Assembly (NCBI GenBank): GCA_965237485.1
Contig: CBDEFQ010000009.1
Location: forward strand, 1,241,778-1,305,777
Reading direction: 5' to 3'
DNA length: 64,000 nt
Source of the DNA: Candidatus Poriferihabitaceae bacterium
Lineage (GTDB): Bacteria > Pseudomonadota > Gammaproteobacteria > Arenicellales > Poriferihabitantaceae
In this document: piece by piece, positions 40,293 through 49,895 of the stretch
How the letters are laid out: every line of letters begins with the position of its first letter
Numbering within the stretch: the first letter of the stretch is position 1
Position numbers and translations under genes: made by a program
Notes under the pieces: model-generated
The model's database searches: none
Seen by the model: the letters and a program-made list of their open reading frames with translations, nothing else
What the model was told of the DNA's origin: nothing

Positions 40293-41201
40293 TTACCTGC
40301 CACGGGTTATTGAGAAGTTACATTTTATTTCCCTCATTACTTCGCTTTCTTCGTCTGAAGCCGGAGTATTCAATACCTTAAATTCATCCAATGCAGACAG
40401 CGCCATTTTGGGATGGCCGCAGTGTAAATAAATACCCTGCTTATATATTGCAAGCTGCGCGTTACGCGGCGCTCGATTCACTAAGGTTTCTGCAAGCCCT
40501 GCGTATTCACATAACTCTGGCACACGCCAATTACTTTCTTGAATCAATGCTCGCGCGGCTTCTGCGCCAAACGCTATAGATCGCTCAATCGACTGCTTGA
40601 TCCGAGTTAGCCCTGAATCTTTGTCACCTTTAATTTTAAAAAGCTTGCCTAGCCACTTAAACTCATCTGGAACATTTCCACTGTGATATTCGTATAAGCC
40701 TAATACCAGCATTAAATCTGGCTGATTGGGGTAGACCTCTAGTAAGGCAGCTGCTTGAGCTTTTGCTGATCTAGCCATTCTAAGCACCGAGATAGGCTGG
40801 TTTTGTGCAAACTTAATTCTCGCCGCGTGCGCCTGTGCTAGCACGTAGGCTAATTTGATCTCGTAGTTTGACTGATTACCCGCACGTTTCTTTAGCGCGG
40901 CAACACTCTCAAGCACCTTTTTAAGCCCTGCTCTTCGTCTTTCATTTTTATCTTCGAAATAAGCTTCAACCCAAGCATTTAAAGCCAGATAAAAATCGGC
41001 CAGATAAAACGCTGCATCCCGCCCTTTAAGATTTTCGATTAAGTCCTTCGCCGCGCTGCGCTCTCGGTTCAACATCAGCATATAGGCTTGTTGCATCTGT
41101 GCCTGAATACAGATTTGCGGCTCATCTTGATCTGCAAAACTGATATTTGCTGTGATCATGCTTAACGCTAATAGGGCAGATCGAAACATTGCGTCAGACA
41201 A
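40293..41201 (-). CDS. secreted helical-repeat (TPR-like) hypothetical protein, 3' end fused to or truncated by the IS terminus
   Basis: 302-aa ORF with a signal peptide (ALLALSMITANISFA). The last 8 codons (NFSITRGR) are encoded by the IS66-family terminal repeat, so the native C-terminus is lost or replaced. Confidence 0.5.
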   Translation of the reverse strand: MSDAMFRSALLALSMITANISFADQDEPQICIQAQMQQAYMLMLNRERSAAKDLIENLKGRDAAFYLADFYLALNAWVEAYFEDKNERRRAGLKKVLESVAALKKRAGNQSNYEIKLAYVLAQAHAARIKFAQNQPISVLRMARSAKAQAAALLEVYPNQPDLMLVLGLYEYHSGNVPDEFKWLGKLFKIKGDKDSGLTRIKQSIERSIAFGAEAARALIQESNWRVPELCEYAGLAETLVNRAPRNAQLAIYKQGIYLHCGHPKMALSALDEFKVLNTPASDEESEVMREIKCNFSITRGR

Positions 41202-41208
41202 ACAGCTT

Positions 41209-42171
41209 TTATATATTACTGGCTTGATATGACGCTATAAACCGCCCAACCAAAGCCGCATTATCTCCATAGATCGAATTTAACCAAATTTGTCCACGTT
41301 GGTTTCGCAACCACGTCAGTTGACGCTTCGCCAACTGACGCGTCGCTGCGCAGCTCTTATCAATCATCGTCTGCTCATCGTATTCTCCTTCCAAATACGA
41401 CCACACTTGTCGGTAACCCACACAGCGCATCGAAGGCAGTTCAAGATGTAAATCTCCTCTCGCTTTTAGTGCCTGTACTTCCTCGATCAGGCCTTGCTCC
41501 AGCATTTGCACAAACCTCAGCTCGATACTTTGATGCAAAGCGACACGATCTGGATGTGTAATATTAAATTTATATAGCGGATGCCTCAACTTCCCTGGTG
41601 CTGCTTGCTGCATTGCCTCACTCGGCTTGATGCCGGTTAAACGGTATATTTCTAGCGCACGTTGAATTCGCTGCTGATCTGCCGCATTAATACGTTTTGC
41701 GCTAAGTGGGTCAATCTGCGCAAGTTTTTGGTGTAAAGCTTCCCAACCGACTTTCCTGGCTTCAGCGTCAATTTCCGCGCGCGTTTGTGCATCGGCTGAA
41801 GGCAATTGAGACACACCGTGCTCTAATGCCGAAAAATAAAACATACTTCCCCCTACAAACAACGGGATGCGCCCTAAAGCGTGTGACCGAGCAATCGCAG
41901 CCAAGGCGTCTACTCTAAACTGTGAGACATCATATACCTGTGCAGGGTCACAAATATCTATTAACTGATGGGGATAATTCGCTTGTTCCTGCTTAGTTAG
42001 TTTTGCTGTACCAATATCCATGTGACGGTAGACTTGGGCCGCATCCACGCTGACCAGATCAATCGCAAAACTGTCTGCTAGGCGCATGGCAAGCTTGGTT
42101 TTCCCCGTTGAAGTGGAGCCGGCTAAAAAAACAACAGGTAAAGGGCACTCTAGTGCCCCCGTTGAAACCAC
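41209..42171 (-). CDS. miaA: tRNA dimethylallyltransferase
   Basis: 320-aa ORF with the P-loop GSTSTGKTKLA and the DVSQFRVDA / GGSMFYF regions. It lies downstream of mutL as in other gammaproteobacteria. Confidence 0.88.
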   Translation of the reverse strand: MVSTGALECPLPVVFLAGSTSTGKTKLAMRLADSFAIDLVSVDAAQVYRHMDIGTAKLTKQEQANYPHQLIDICDPAQVYDVSQFRVDALAAIARSHALGRIPLFVGGSMFYFSALEHGVSQLPSADAQTRAEIDAEARKVGWEALHQKLAQIDPLSAKRINAADQQRIQRALEIYRLTGIKPSEAMQQAAPGKLRHPLYKFNITHPDRVALHQSIELRFVQMLEQGLIEEVQALKARGDLHLELPSMRCVGYRQVWSYLEGEYDEQTMIDKSCAATRQLAKRQLTWLRNQRGQIWLNSIYGDNAALVGRFIASYQASNI

Positions 42172-44060
42172 TTATCTAATTCTTCAATTGTCACCGAAAC
42201 CCAAGTTGGGCGGCCATGGTTACACTGCCCTGATCGCTCGACTACCTCCATATCACGCAACAACGCATTCATTTCTGGGATCGTTAACTGGCGATTAGCC
42301 CTGACTGCGCCGTGGCAGGCTTTGCTAGACAAAATTTCACGAATATTGTGTTCTATTCGATCACTCTCTCCCAACTCCGACAGATCTGCTAACACGTCAT
42401 GAATTAAGGCGGGCATATCCGCCTTGCTTAAAATTTCAGGCACTTGCCGTAGCACTAGTTCGTGCTCACTTAGGAAATCAATCTCCATGCCCATTGCCTG
42501 AAAATGGGTTAAATGACGCTGTGCAGTTGTGGCTTCAACCGGGCTTAAAGTAATTTGCACGGGAACTAGAAGCGGCTGACATGCCACCTGCTCGGCGGCG
42601 AGTTCGGCTTTCATCGTTTCATATTTAATGCGTTCGTGCGCAGCATGCATATCCACCAAGATCAAACCTTGCTGGGATTCCGCCAGGATGTAAATGCCTT
42701 TAAGCTGCGCCAATGCAAAACCCAGAGGTGGAATATCTTGCTCATCTACGCTTGCCACATCGCCGAGATTTACAGCGTCTTCTTGTGCTTCTGCTGATGC
42801 CGAATCAAATTGGCTGACACCAGCACCCCTAATACCGCCACCTGGATGCAGCGCGTCGTAGCCGGCAATTTGTTCCTGCGCATTAAATTTAAACGCCCCT
42901 TGCTTAACAGCTGCATTTTTATGCGGATCGTAATTATGCAGAGGCGAAGTGGCTGCGCCACTCGAAATACCACCACCTTGATTAAATAGGCCACTAGACT
43001 GACCGGGATTACTTGAAAGCGAAGCTTGAGCTGGAGGCGCGTTTGCACCGGGGCGAATATCCGCAATCAACTTGTTTAGGCTGCGATAAATAAAATCGTG
43101 CACCCGTCGCGTATCTTTAAAGCGCACTTCTGTTTTCGAGGGGTGCACGTTCACATCTACTTCGCTGGGGTCAACCTGTAAATACAATACAAAGGCGGGG
43201 TGACGGCCAGAATACAGAACATCGGCATAGGCGCGTTTAACGGCATGGGCGATTAAAGGGTCTTTAATCGCTCTGCCATTGACGAAAAAATATTGTAAGT
43301 CACGTTGGCTACGCGAGAACGTGGGTAGGGCAACCCAACCTTCAAGTGCCATATCAGTTTGTAGATCAGAAAAGCGTACCGTGTGTTGTTGAAACTCTGC
43401 GCCGCAAATTAACTTTACGCGCCTGTCCTGCTCTGCTTCAGTTTGCGCGATTGAACAATCAATATTTTTCCTGCCGTTATGGCTTAAAGTGAACCCAACA
43501 TCAGACCTAGATAAGGCTAAACGGCGAATATTTTGATCAATATACTTGTACTCGGTTTGTTCAGTGCGCAAGAATTTACGCCTAGCGGGCGTGTTATAAA
43601 ATAAATCTTCAACCGTTACAGTCGTCCCTTGCATGCGAGCAACTGGTCTAGGCTCAGCTAAATTGTTCCCACCAAAGCAGGAAAACTCATAGCCGGACTG
43701 TGCATCAGCTGTTTTTGAACTAAGCGTTAGCTTCGAAACCGCCGCGATACTCGGCAGTGCTTCACCACGAAATCCCAAGCTCAAGATAGAGTATAAATCT
43801 TCGAAAGATTTTAGCTTACTGGTAGCGTGTCTGGACAAAGCCAATGATAATTCTTGTTTAGGAATACCCGAGCCATTGTCTTCTACTTTGACCAGCTTTA
43901 AACCACCTTTTTCAATCTCAACATTTATCTGACTTGAACCCGCATCTAAACTATTTTCGAGCAATTCTTTAAGTAAAGAGGCGGGTCGTTCAATCACCTC
44001 ACCAGCGGCAATTTGATTGATCAAGCGATCATCTAATAATTCGATTTTGTTGCGCGTCAT
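42150..44060 (-). CDS. mutL: DNA mismatch repair endonuclease MutL
   Basis: 636-aa ORF with N-terminal GHKL ATPase motifs (IAAGEVIERPASLLKELLENSLDAG, DNGSGI, GFRGEAL) and a C-terminal dimerisation domain. Confidence 0.93.
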   Translation of the reverse strand: MTRNKIELLDDRLINQIAAGEVIERPASLLKELLENSLDAGSSQINVEIEKGGLKLVKVEDNGSGIPKQELSLALSRHATSKLKSFEDLYSILSLGFRGEALPSIAAVSKLTLSSKTADAQSGYEFSCFGGNNLAEPRPVARMQGTTVTVEDLFYNTPARRKFLRTEQTEYKYIDQNIRRLALSRSDVGFTLSHNGRKNIDCSIAQTEAEQDRRVKLICGAEFQQHTVRFSDLQTDMALEGWVALPTFSRSQRDLQYFFVNGRAIKDPLIAHAVKRAYADVLYSGRHPAFVLYLQVDPSEVDVNVHPSKTEVRFKDTRRVHDFIYRSLNKLIADIRPGANAPPAQASLSSNPGQSSGLFNQGGGISSGAATSPLHNYDPHKNAAVKQGAFKFNAQEQIAGYDALHPGGGIRGAGVSQFDSASAEAQEDAVNLGDVASVDEQDIPPLGFALAQLKGIYILAESQQGLILVDMHAAHERIKYETMKAELAAEQVACQPLLVPVQITLSPVEATTAQRHLTHFQAMGMEIDFLSEHELVLRQVPEILSKADMPALIHDVLADLSELGESDRIEHNIREILSSKACHGAVRANRQLTIPEMNALLRDMEVVERSGQCNHGRPTWVSVTIEELDKWFQRGH

Positions 44061-45277
44061 TTCGACATCCTAGCAGAAAGAGTTGGAGATTTTTTAACGA
44101 AATTTCGCACCCCATTGAAGATTGCAAAAGCTAACTTGTCTTGATGCTTGGCACTTCTCAGTAGCTTCTCTTCACTTGGATTGGTGATAAAGGCAGTTTC
44201 GACCAAAATGGAAGGAATATCGGGCGACTTGAGAACTACAAAGCCTGCTTTTTCTACCTTTTTCTTATGTACTTTACCGATTCTCTTTAATTCACCTAGC
44301 ACGGCGTTAGCAAACAAAATACTTTCATGGCTGGTGTTATTCATCGACATGTCTAACAGCACCTCCACCAAGGTTTCATCGCGGTCAGCAATGCTCACTC
44401 CACCGGCGAGGTCGGCAGCATTTTCCTTATTCGCTAGCCATCTTGCTTCTTCACTTGAAGCACCTTTGGAAGAAAGGGTATAAACAGACGAGCCTCGCGC
44501 TGACGAGTCGCGAAAACCGTCAGCATGAATTGAAATAAATAAATCTGCTGGGTGTTCGCCCTTAGTCCGTGCCAAACCTATGCGTTTGCGCAGTGAAATA
44601 AAGTAATCGCCTTCACGCGTTAAAAATGCACGCATGTTAGGCTGCGCATCAATCTTATTTTTAAGCCGCTTAGCGATTGCCAACACCAGCGCTTTTTCGG
44701 TATTGCGTTTGCCTAATGCACCCGTATCTTCGCCTCCATGCCCTGCGTCGATAGCCACTATTAACGGGCCTCTGATTTTTGACTTGAGCACGGTTGCCTT
44801 AACCGGCTTTTGGTTCGTCTGATCAGACAGCCCCGATTGTTGTTGGTCACTTTTAGCTGTTACTGCATCAACATTTTTAGCGGTTAAATCGAACACCAGT
44901 CGGTAGTTATAACCTGCGGTGGGCTTGAGCAAAGATATCTGAATTTCTACAGATTGTTTTAAATCCATCACCAACCGAGCCGCCCCTTTTTTCGGCACCC
45001 CCAAGCGAAAACCATGCAAATACTGTCCAGCATTACTATCCGCTGGTGCTTTCGCTTGGCTTTTGGATTGATACGCATCAACTACAAAACGTGCGGGGTT
45101 TTGCAAGAAGAAAGTTTGATAGTTGGGGTTCTCACTAAAGTCGAGCACCACCCTTGAACGATCTGGAGAATGCCAAACACGAATATCTTTTAGCGCCGTT
45201 TCAGCAAACACCAAGCCCGAAGTCAGTACAGCTAAAAGCAACATTAAGCACGTAAACAGCGATTGCGTCCGAATCAT
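44057..45277 (-). CDS. amiB: N-acetylmuramoyl-L-alanine amidase (AMIN + Amidase_3)
   Basis: 406-aa ORF with a signal peptide, an AMIN-like N-terminal domain and catalytic-domain motifs DAGHGGEDTGA and SIHADG. It is syntenic with tsaE and mutL. Confidence 0.85.
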   Translation of the reverse strand: MIRTQSLFTCLMLLLAVLTSGLVFAETALKDIRVWHSPDRSRVVLDFSENPNYQTFFLQNPARFVVDAYQSKSQAKAPADSNAGQYLHGFRLGVPKKGAARLVMDLKQSVEIQISLLKPTAGYNYRLVFDLTAKNVDAVTAKSDQQQSGLSDQTNQKPVKATVLKSKIRGPLIVAIDAGHGGEDTGALGKRNTEKALVLAIAKRLKNKIDAQPNMRAFLTREGDYFISLRKRIGLARTKGEHPADLFISIHADGFRDSSARGSSVYTLSSKGASSEEARWLANKENAADLAGGVSIADRDETLVEVLLDMSMNNTSHESILFANAVLGELKRIGKVHKKKVEKAGFVVLKSPDIPSILVETAFITNPSEEKLLRSAKHQDKLAFAIFNGVRNFVKKSPTLSARMSK

Positions 45278-45327
45278 GGCGTTGGAGATTGTTTTATGCT
45301 TGGCTCTTTAATGCTACCTAAAACCAT

Positions 45328-45774
45328 TTAATGAGTTTGCTTGTTTACCAAAAGACTGAGCCGTCTGCCCACAATTTCATGTTCTATCGTAACTTGGATA
45401 TCTGCGTCCGGCACAAAACCATCTGCTCTATAAGGCCATTCTATCAAGCAGACGCTTTGTCCATCAAATAAGTCCCGCGCGCCAATGGCTTCCAATTCAT
45501 CTGCCGACTCCAAACGGTATAAATCAAAATGGTGTACGTTAAATGCGGCTAGTTCGTAACTCTCTATAAGCGTATAGGTCGGACTACTAACCGAAGCCGT
45601 ATACCCGTAGCACCTCATCATTGATCGTATAAGGGTGGTTTTTCCAGCCCCTAAATTACCTTCAAAGTAAACCACGTCGCCAGGCGTAATCAATGTTACG
45701 AGTGTTGCAGCATACCCCTTCATTGCCTCCTCATCAGCTAGATAAACCGGCTGCAATAATTCATCTAGAGACAT
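45328..45774 (-). CDS. tsaE: tRNA t6A37 biosynthesis ATPase TsaE
   Basis: 148-aa ORF with the P-loop GNLGAGKTTL and the SPTYTL and HFDLYRL motifs. Confidence 0.88.
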   Translation of the reverse strand: MSLDELLQPVYLADEEAMKGYAATLVTLITPGDVVYFEGNLGAGKTTLIRSMMRCYGYTASVSSPTYTLIESYELAAFNVHHFDLYRLESADELEAIGARDLFDGQSVCLIEWPYRADGFVPDADIQVTIEHEIVGRRLSLLVNKQTH

Positions 45775-45834
45775 AATATTTATTTAATCACTTTAAATTG
45801 GTGCCGCTCATATTCACGCGGTATTATAAGAGCA

Positions 45835-46911
45835 ATGCAGCCGAGAAACCTACCGCAACCAGATAATCTAATCCGCAGCTTTACCGCTAAAGCCGAGCAA
45901 CTAGGCTTTGATGCTTTGGGTATCTCTGATATTCAATTATCACAGGCTGAATCTAGATTACTCGAGTGGCTAAACAAAGGCTATCACGGCAGCATGGATT
46001 ATATGCAGCGCCACGGCGAGAAACGCTCTCAGCCCGACAAACTTATCCCTGGCAGCCTAAGCGTTATTAGCGTGCGCATGAACTACCTTAGCGAAGATCA
46101 GGGCACAGCAATTGACCTACTCAATTGCGCTGACAAAGCCTATATATCACGCTACGCCCTAGGCCGTGATTATCACAAGCTTATGCGTCACCGCCTAGCG
46201 AAACTGGTGAAACATATTGAAAAAGAAATCGGCCCTTTTGGCTATCGAGTTTTTACCGATAGCGCACCAGTACTAGAAAAGCCCATTGCTGCTAAGGCAG
46301 GGTTGGGCTGGGTGGGCAAACACTCCAACATCTTATGCAAGGAAGAAGGATCTTGGTTTTTCCTCGGAGAGATCTATGTGGACCTTGCTTTACCTCAAAA
46401 TAAACCCGAAAAAGACCATTGCGGCGATTGCACCAATTGCATAGATGTCTGCCCCACTGGGGCCATAGTAGAGCCGTATGTTGTTGATGCGCGGCGTTGT
46501 ATTTCCTACCTTACAATCGAGAATCGTGGCTCTATACCTGAGGCGCTGCGTCCCCTAATGGGTAACAGAATTTACGGATGCGATGATTGCCAATTATTTT
46601 GTCCGTGGAATCGCTTCGCAAAAAAAGCTATCGAAAGTGATTTCGAGGCGCGCCATGGGGTGGACGATATTAGCCTAATCGAATTATTTAGCTGGTCGGA
46701 AGCGCAATTTTTAACGCGATTCGAAGGTTCCCCAATTCGGCGTATTGGCTACTCCAGTTGGTTACGAAATATCGCCGTTGCATTGGGCAACGCTAAATTT
46801 AGTAGCGACATTGTCGAGGCACTTGAGTTAAAGAAATGCTACCCGTCTGAATTGGTGCGAGAACACGTAATTTGGGCCATCGCAGAGCAAGCACGCAAAA
46901 AGTTGGCTTAA
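45835..46911 (+). CDS. queG: epoxyqueuosine reductase
   Basis: 358-aa ORF with two 4Fe-4S cysteine clusters (CGDCTNCIDVCPTGA, CDDCQLFCPWN) and C-terminal HEAT-like repeats. Confidence 0.88.
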   Translation: MQPRNLPQPDNLIRSFTAKAEQLGFDALGISDIQLSQAESRLLEWLNKGYHGSMDYMQRHGEKRSQPDKLIPGSLSVISVRMNYLSEDQGTAIDLLNCADKAYISRYALGRDYHKLMRHRLAKLVKHIEKEIGPFGYRVFTDSAPVLEKPIAAKAGLGWVGKHSNILCKEEGSWFFLGEIYVDLALPQNKPEKDHCGDCTNCIDVCPTGAIVEPYVVDARRCISYLTIENRGSIPEALRPLMGNRIYGCDDCQLFCPWNRFAKKAIESDFEARHGVDDISLIELFSWSEAQFLTRFEGSPIRRIGYSSWLRNIAVALGNAKFSSDIVEALELKKCYPSELVREHVIWAIAEQARKKLA

Positions 46912-47010
46912 TAGTAACTTTAGTTTCCCAATAAATCAGTAATTTAGGCATAATGCAGATACTGTAACTTCAGGTATGGACTTTTATATTAGATAGAGCA
47001 GTATGGCCTT

Positions 47011-47032
47011 TTCCCCCTAGGGGGAATTTTTT
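47011..47032 (+). terminator. possible rho-independent terminator
   Basis: The hairpin TTCCCC-CTAG-GGGGAA is followed by TTTTTT, about 100 nt downstream of queG. It could instead belong to the end of the IS256-like remnant. Confidence 0.35.
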
Positions 47033-47132
47033 CGAATTTTTGATTTATTCAAATTTTCTATCTTGGTGTCTTGTAAGTTGAGCCATTGGTGCGTTCCCTG
47101 TTTTAAGCAATTAACATACTGGAGACACCCAA

Positions 47133-47661
47133 ATGACCCAATCAAACAATAACGTATTTGACGTAGTAGTGGAACACACATCTCAGAAGGCCCCGATGCC
47201 ATGCGCCCCGTGCTCACCGCACTGCTCAATGAGGCGATGAAGATTGAAAGAGAGCCGTTTCCAGGCGCATCACACTATGAGCATAGTCAAGACCGGCCAG
47301 GGTTTGCCCATGGCTACCAGGATAAGCGTATCGATACACAAGCCGGTACGCTCAATCTGCGTATCCCAAAGACCGCTCAACACGTTGATGAACCTTTTTA
47401 CCCTCAATCGCTAGAACGCGGCTTACGCAGCCAACGTGCGATGCTGCTGACCGTTGCTGAAATGTACGTGACGGGCGTTAGCACGCGCCGAGTCGAAAAA
47501 GTCATGCAGAGCATGGGTATTGAAAGCATCTCCTCTACACCGGTCTCACGGGCTAACCAGAGCATGGATGAGGCGTTAAAAGTCTGGCGTGATCGTCCGT
47601 TGGGTAAAGTCTCTTACCTAATCCTTGATGCGCGTTATGAAAAGGTGCGTGAGGGCCACCA
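47133..47661 (+). pseudogene. IS256-family (mutator-type) transposase remnant, frameshifted and truncated by IS66-family insertion
   Basis: The ORF 47201-47665 reads ..AEMYVTGVSTRRVEKVMQSMG..SYLILDARYEKVREG, and stops just after the first catalytic Asp region where the IS66-family IR begins (47662). The upstream ATG at 47133 is in another frame. Confidence 0.7.
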
Positions 47662-47936
47662 GTAACTTCTCAATAACCCGTGGCAGGTAAAATAAAACAA
47701 AATATTTCTTGACCGGGTTTTACGCTAAAAGGAAGGTAATTCAACGTGGTCGAGTGACTCGATTTAGGTTGAGTTCCAGGGTGGTTGTAGGCCCCTTTAC
47801 GCTAATAACAAAGATCGCTTAAGGACGTTCAGGGGTGTCTTCTTAACGTTCGTTGTGGCGCAGTTGAGAAGGCAAAATTGGACTTTCAAAACCGATGGTA
47901 CACTAAGGTCTATCCAGTTAACGGACGTTTAAGACC

Positions 47937-49895
47937 TTGAGTAAGCTACCCTCTATTCCCGACATTCCTGAACAAGAACAAACCCCCGCAGTAAAAATGT
48001 TGCGGGTGCTAGTGGAGCAGCTGTTGGTGCGAGTTCAACAACAGGACGAAGAAATAGCATTGCTTAAAGATGAAATCAATATCCTTAAGGGGCAGAAGAG
48101 GCGGCCTACTGTTAAGGGCGGTAATATGGATAAGAAAACAGAGCCAAAACGTTCATCTTCTAGCGACAAACCTAAGCAGCGAGCTGGGTCGAACAAGGCA
48201 AAGAAAACACCAAGGCTGTCAATTGACCTAAATCGGGTTATTGAACCAGCGAAGTCCGTGCCCGAAGGTTCTCGCTTTAACCTAGAAAACCCAGTTGAAC
48301 GCAAAAAAGATGTGTAACTAATTGATATGAATAAGGAAGTCAGAAAATACGAGGTCACCTTATTGGTGATGAGTGCTTTTCTGGGTTTCTTAGGCATATT
48401 AAAGAGTTGTGCAGACATTTGTGTTTCAACTGAGTTTTCTAGGTTTAAAGGCTATCGGGATTTTGTAGTGCAAGATTTGCTTATCAAGGTTCATACCACC
48501 CGCTATCGTTTAGCGCATTGGGTAACGCCAGACAATAAAAAGCTCAAAGGCCAGTTACCGACATCCGTGGCAGGGCGACATTATGGGCCTCGTCTGGTCA
48601 GTTATATTCTCTATCAATATCATCATTGTCAAACCACGCAACCACTCTTGTTGGAACAGTTGCGAGAGTGGGGAATTGATATTTCTTCGGGACAAATTAA
48701 CCCAATACTGATCAGTGCTAAAGAGCCCTTTCATGCTGAGAAAGAGGCGTTACTAAGCGTTGCTCTGAGCGCATCGTCTTACGTGACCGTGGACGATAGT
48801 GGTGCTCGCCATCAGGGCAAAAATGGCTATGTAACGCACATTGGTAATGACTTGTTTGCGTGGTTTAAAAGTACTCAATCAAAAAGTCGAATTAACTTCC
48901 TACCGCTATTAAGGGCTGGCAATACGGATTATCGTTTGAGTCAAAGTGCGTTGAATTATAGGCAACAACATGGATTGCCAAAGCAAGCCTTAGCCGCTGT
49001 AACTGAGCACCGGGAACGCCGTATTGCCAACGAGGATGACTGGCTTGAAATGCTCGATAGCCTGTTGATCATTAAGGCACGTCACCGACGTATCACCACC
49101 GAAGGGGCATTACTTGGTAGTATTTTGCATCATGGTCTGTGTGATGACATCGTTGTCGTCAGTGATGATGCAGGGCAATTTAACATTTTGGCTCATGCCT
49201 TGTGCTGGATACACACCGAGCGCTTAATCCATAAGTTGATACCGCTGAACGAGGGACACCGGCAGGGCATGGCTAAAATACGCGACCAAGTCTGGTGCTT
49301 TTATCGGGCGTTAAAAGAGTATAAAACCCAGCCTTGCGAGAACCAACGTAAAATACTTGAGCAGCGTTTCGATGAAATCTTCACTCAACAGACATGCTAC
49401 CAAACATTAAACCTAGATAAATCAGTTAAACGCGGAAAAGACATGTAAGCAATTGAAGTGCATAGTGAAATCAAAAAAGTCGCGGTCACCTTATTGGTGA
49501 TAAGGTTTTTTTTGATTTTGCTAGGTGCATCAAGAGCTTGCATGGACTTTCGTGTTTTAACTGATTTATCTAGGTTAAATCAGACGCTCAAACGAATCCA
49601 TGCGAATCAAGCAGAATTACTGTTGGTGCTAGATCGACCAGATATTCCGTTACACACCAATGGCAGTGAAACAGACATTCGCGATTACGTGAAAAAACGA
49701 AAAGTGAGTGGCTCCACCCGCAGCGATGCTGGCCAGCAGTGTCGGGACACGTTTGCCAGTTTGAAAAAGACCTGCCGAAAACTGGATATATCGTTCTGGC
49801 ACTACCTGACCCATCGACTTGGTATCGGTGAGCAACATATTGATCCTCTGCCAGATATCATTATGGAACGCGCCAGCTTTGCCACGGGTTATTGA
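47937..49895 (+). CDS. IS66-family transposase reading frame, split into three same-phase segments (126 + 373 + 145 codons) by two MITEs
   Basis: Joined without the MITEs, it is a 541-codon frame. It has an N-terminal coiled coil, DDE-type regions VDDSGARH and VSDDAGQF, the IS66-typical CWIHTERL motif and TNGSETDIR. Confidence 0.75.
48281..48443 (+). mobile_element. 163-bp foldback MITE, subfamily 2
   Basis: The element runs CCTAGAAAACCCAGTTGAACGC...GTTTCAACTGAGTTTTCTAGG with TSD TTTAA (48276-48280 / 48444-48448). The empty site is visible in copy R2 (..CTCGCTTTAAAGGCTAT.., 53474-53490). Confidence 0.9.
49412..49574 (+). mobile_element. 163-bp foldback MITE, subfamily 1
   Basis: TSD TTAAA (49407-49411 / 49575-49579). 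It is present at the identical site in all four IS66-family copies. Confidence 0.9.

Larger units (their letters stand above)
32056..40321. repeat. Left arm (8266 bp) of a large inverted duplication
   Basis: It is the reverse complement of 47662-56110. Coordinates sum to 87983, or to 88166 left of a 183-bp deletion at 32547/32548. All ORF translations match their mirror copies, except the deletion-shortened ORF 32511-32993, which also carries one Ala/Val difference. Confidence 0.95.
38080..40321 (-). mobile_element. IS66-family element (single-ORF type), copy L1 carrying two MITEs
   Basis: 2242 bp, the mirror of 47662-49903, with the same terminal IRs. Confidence 0.88.
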
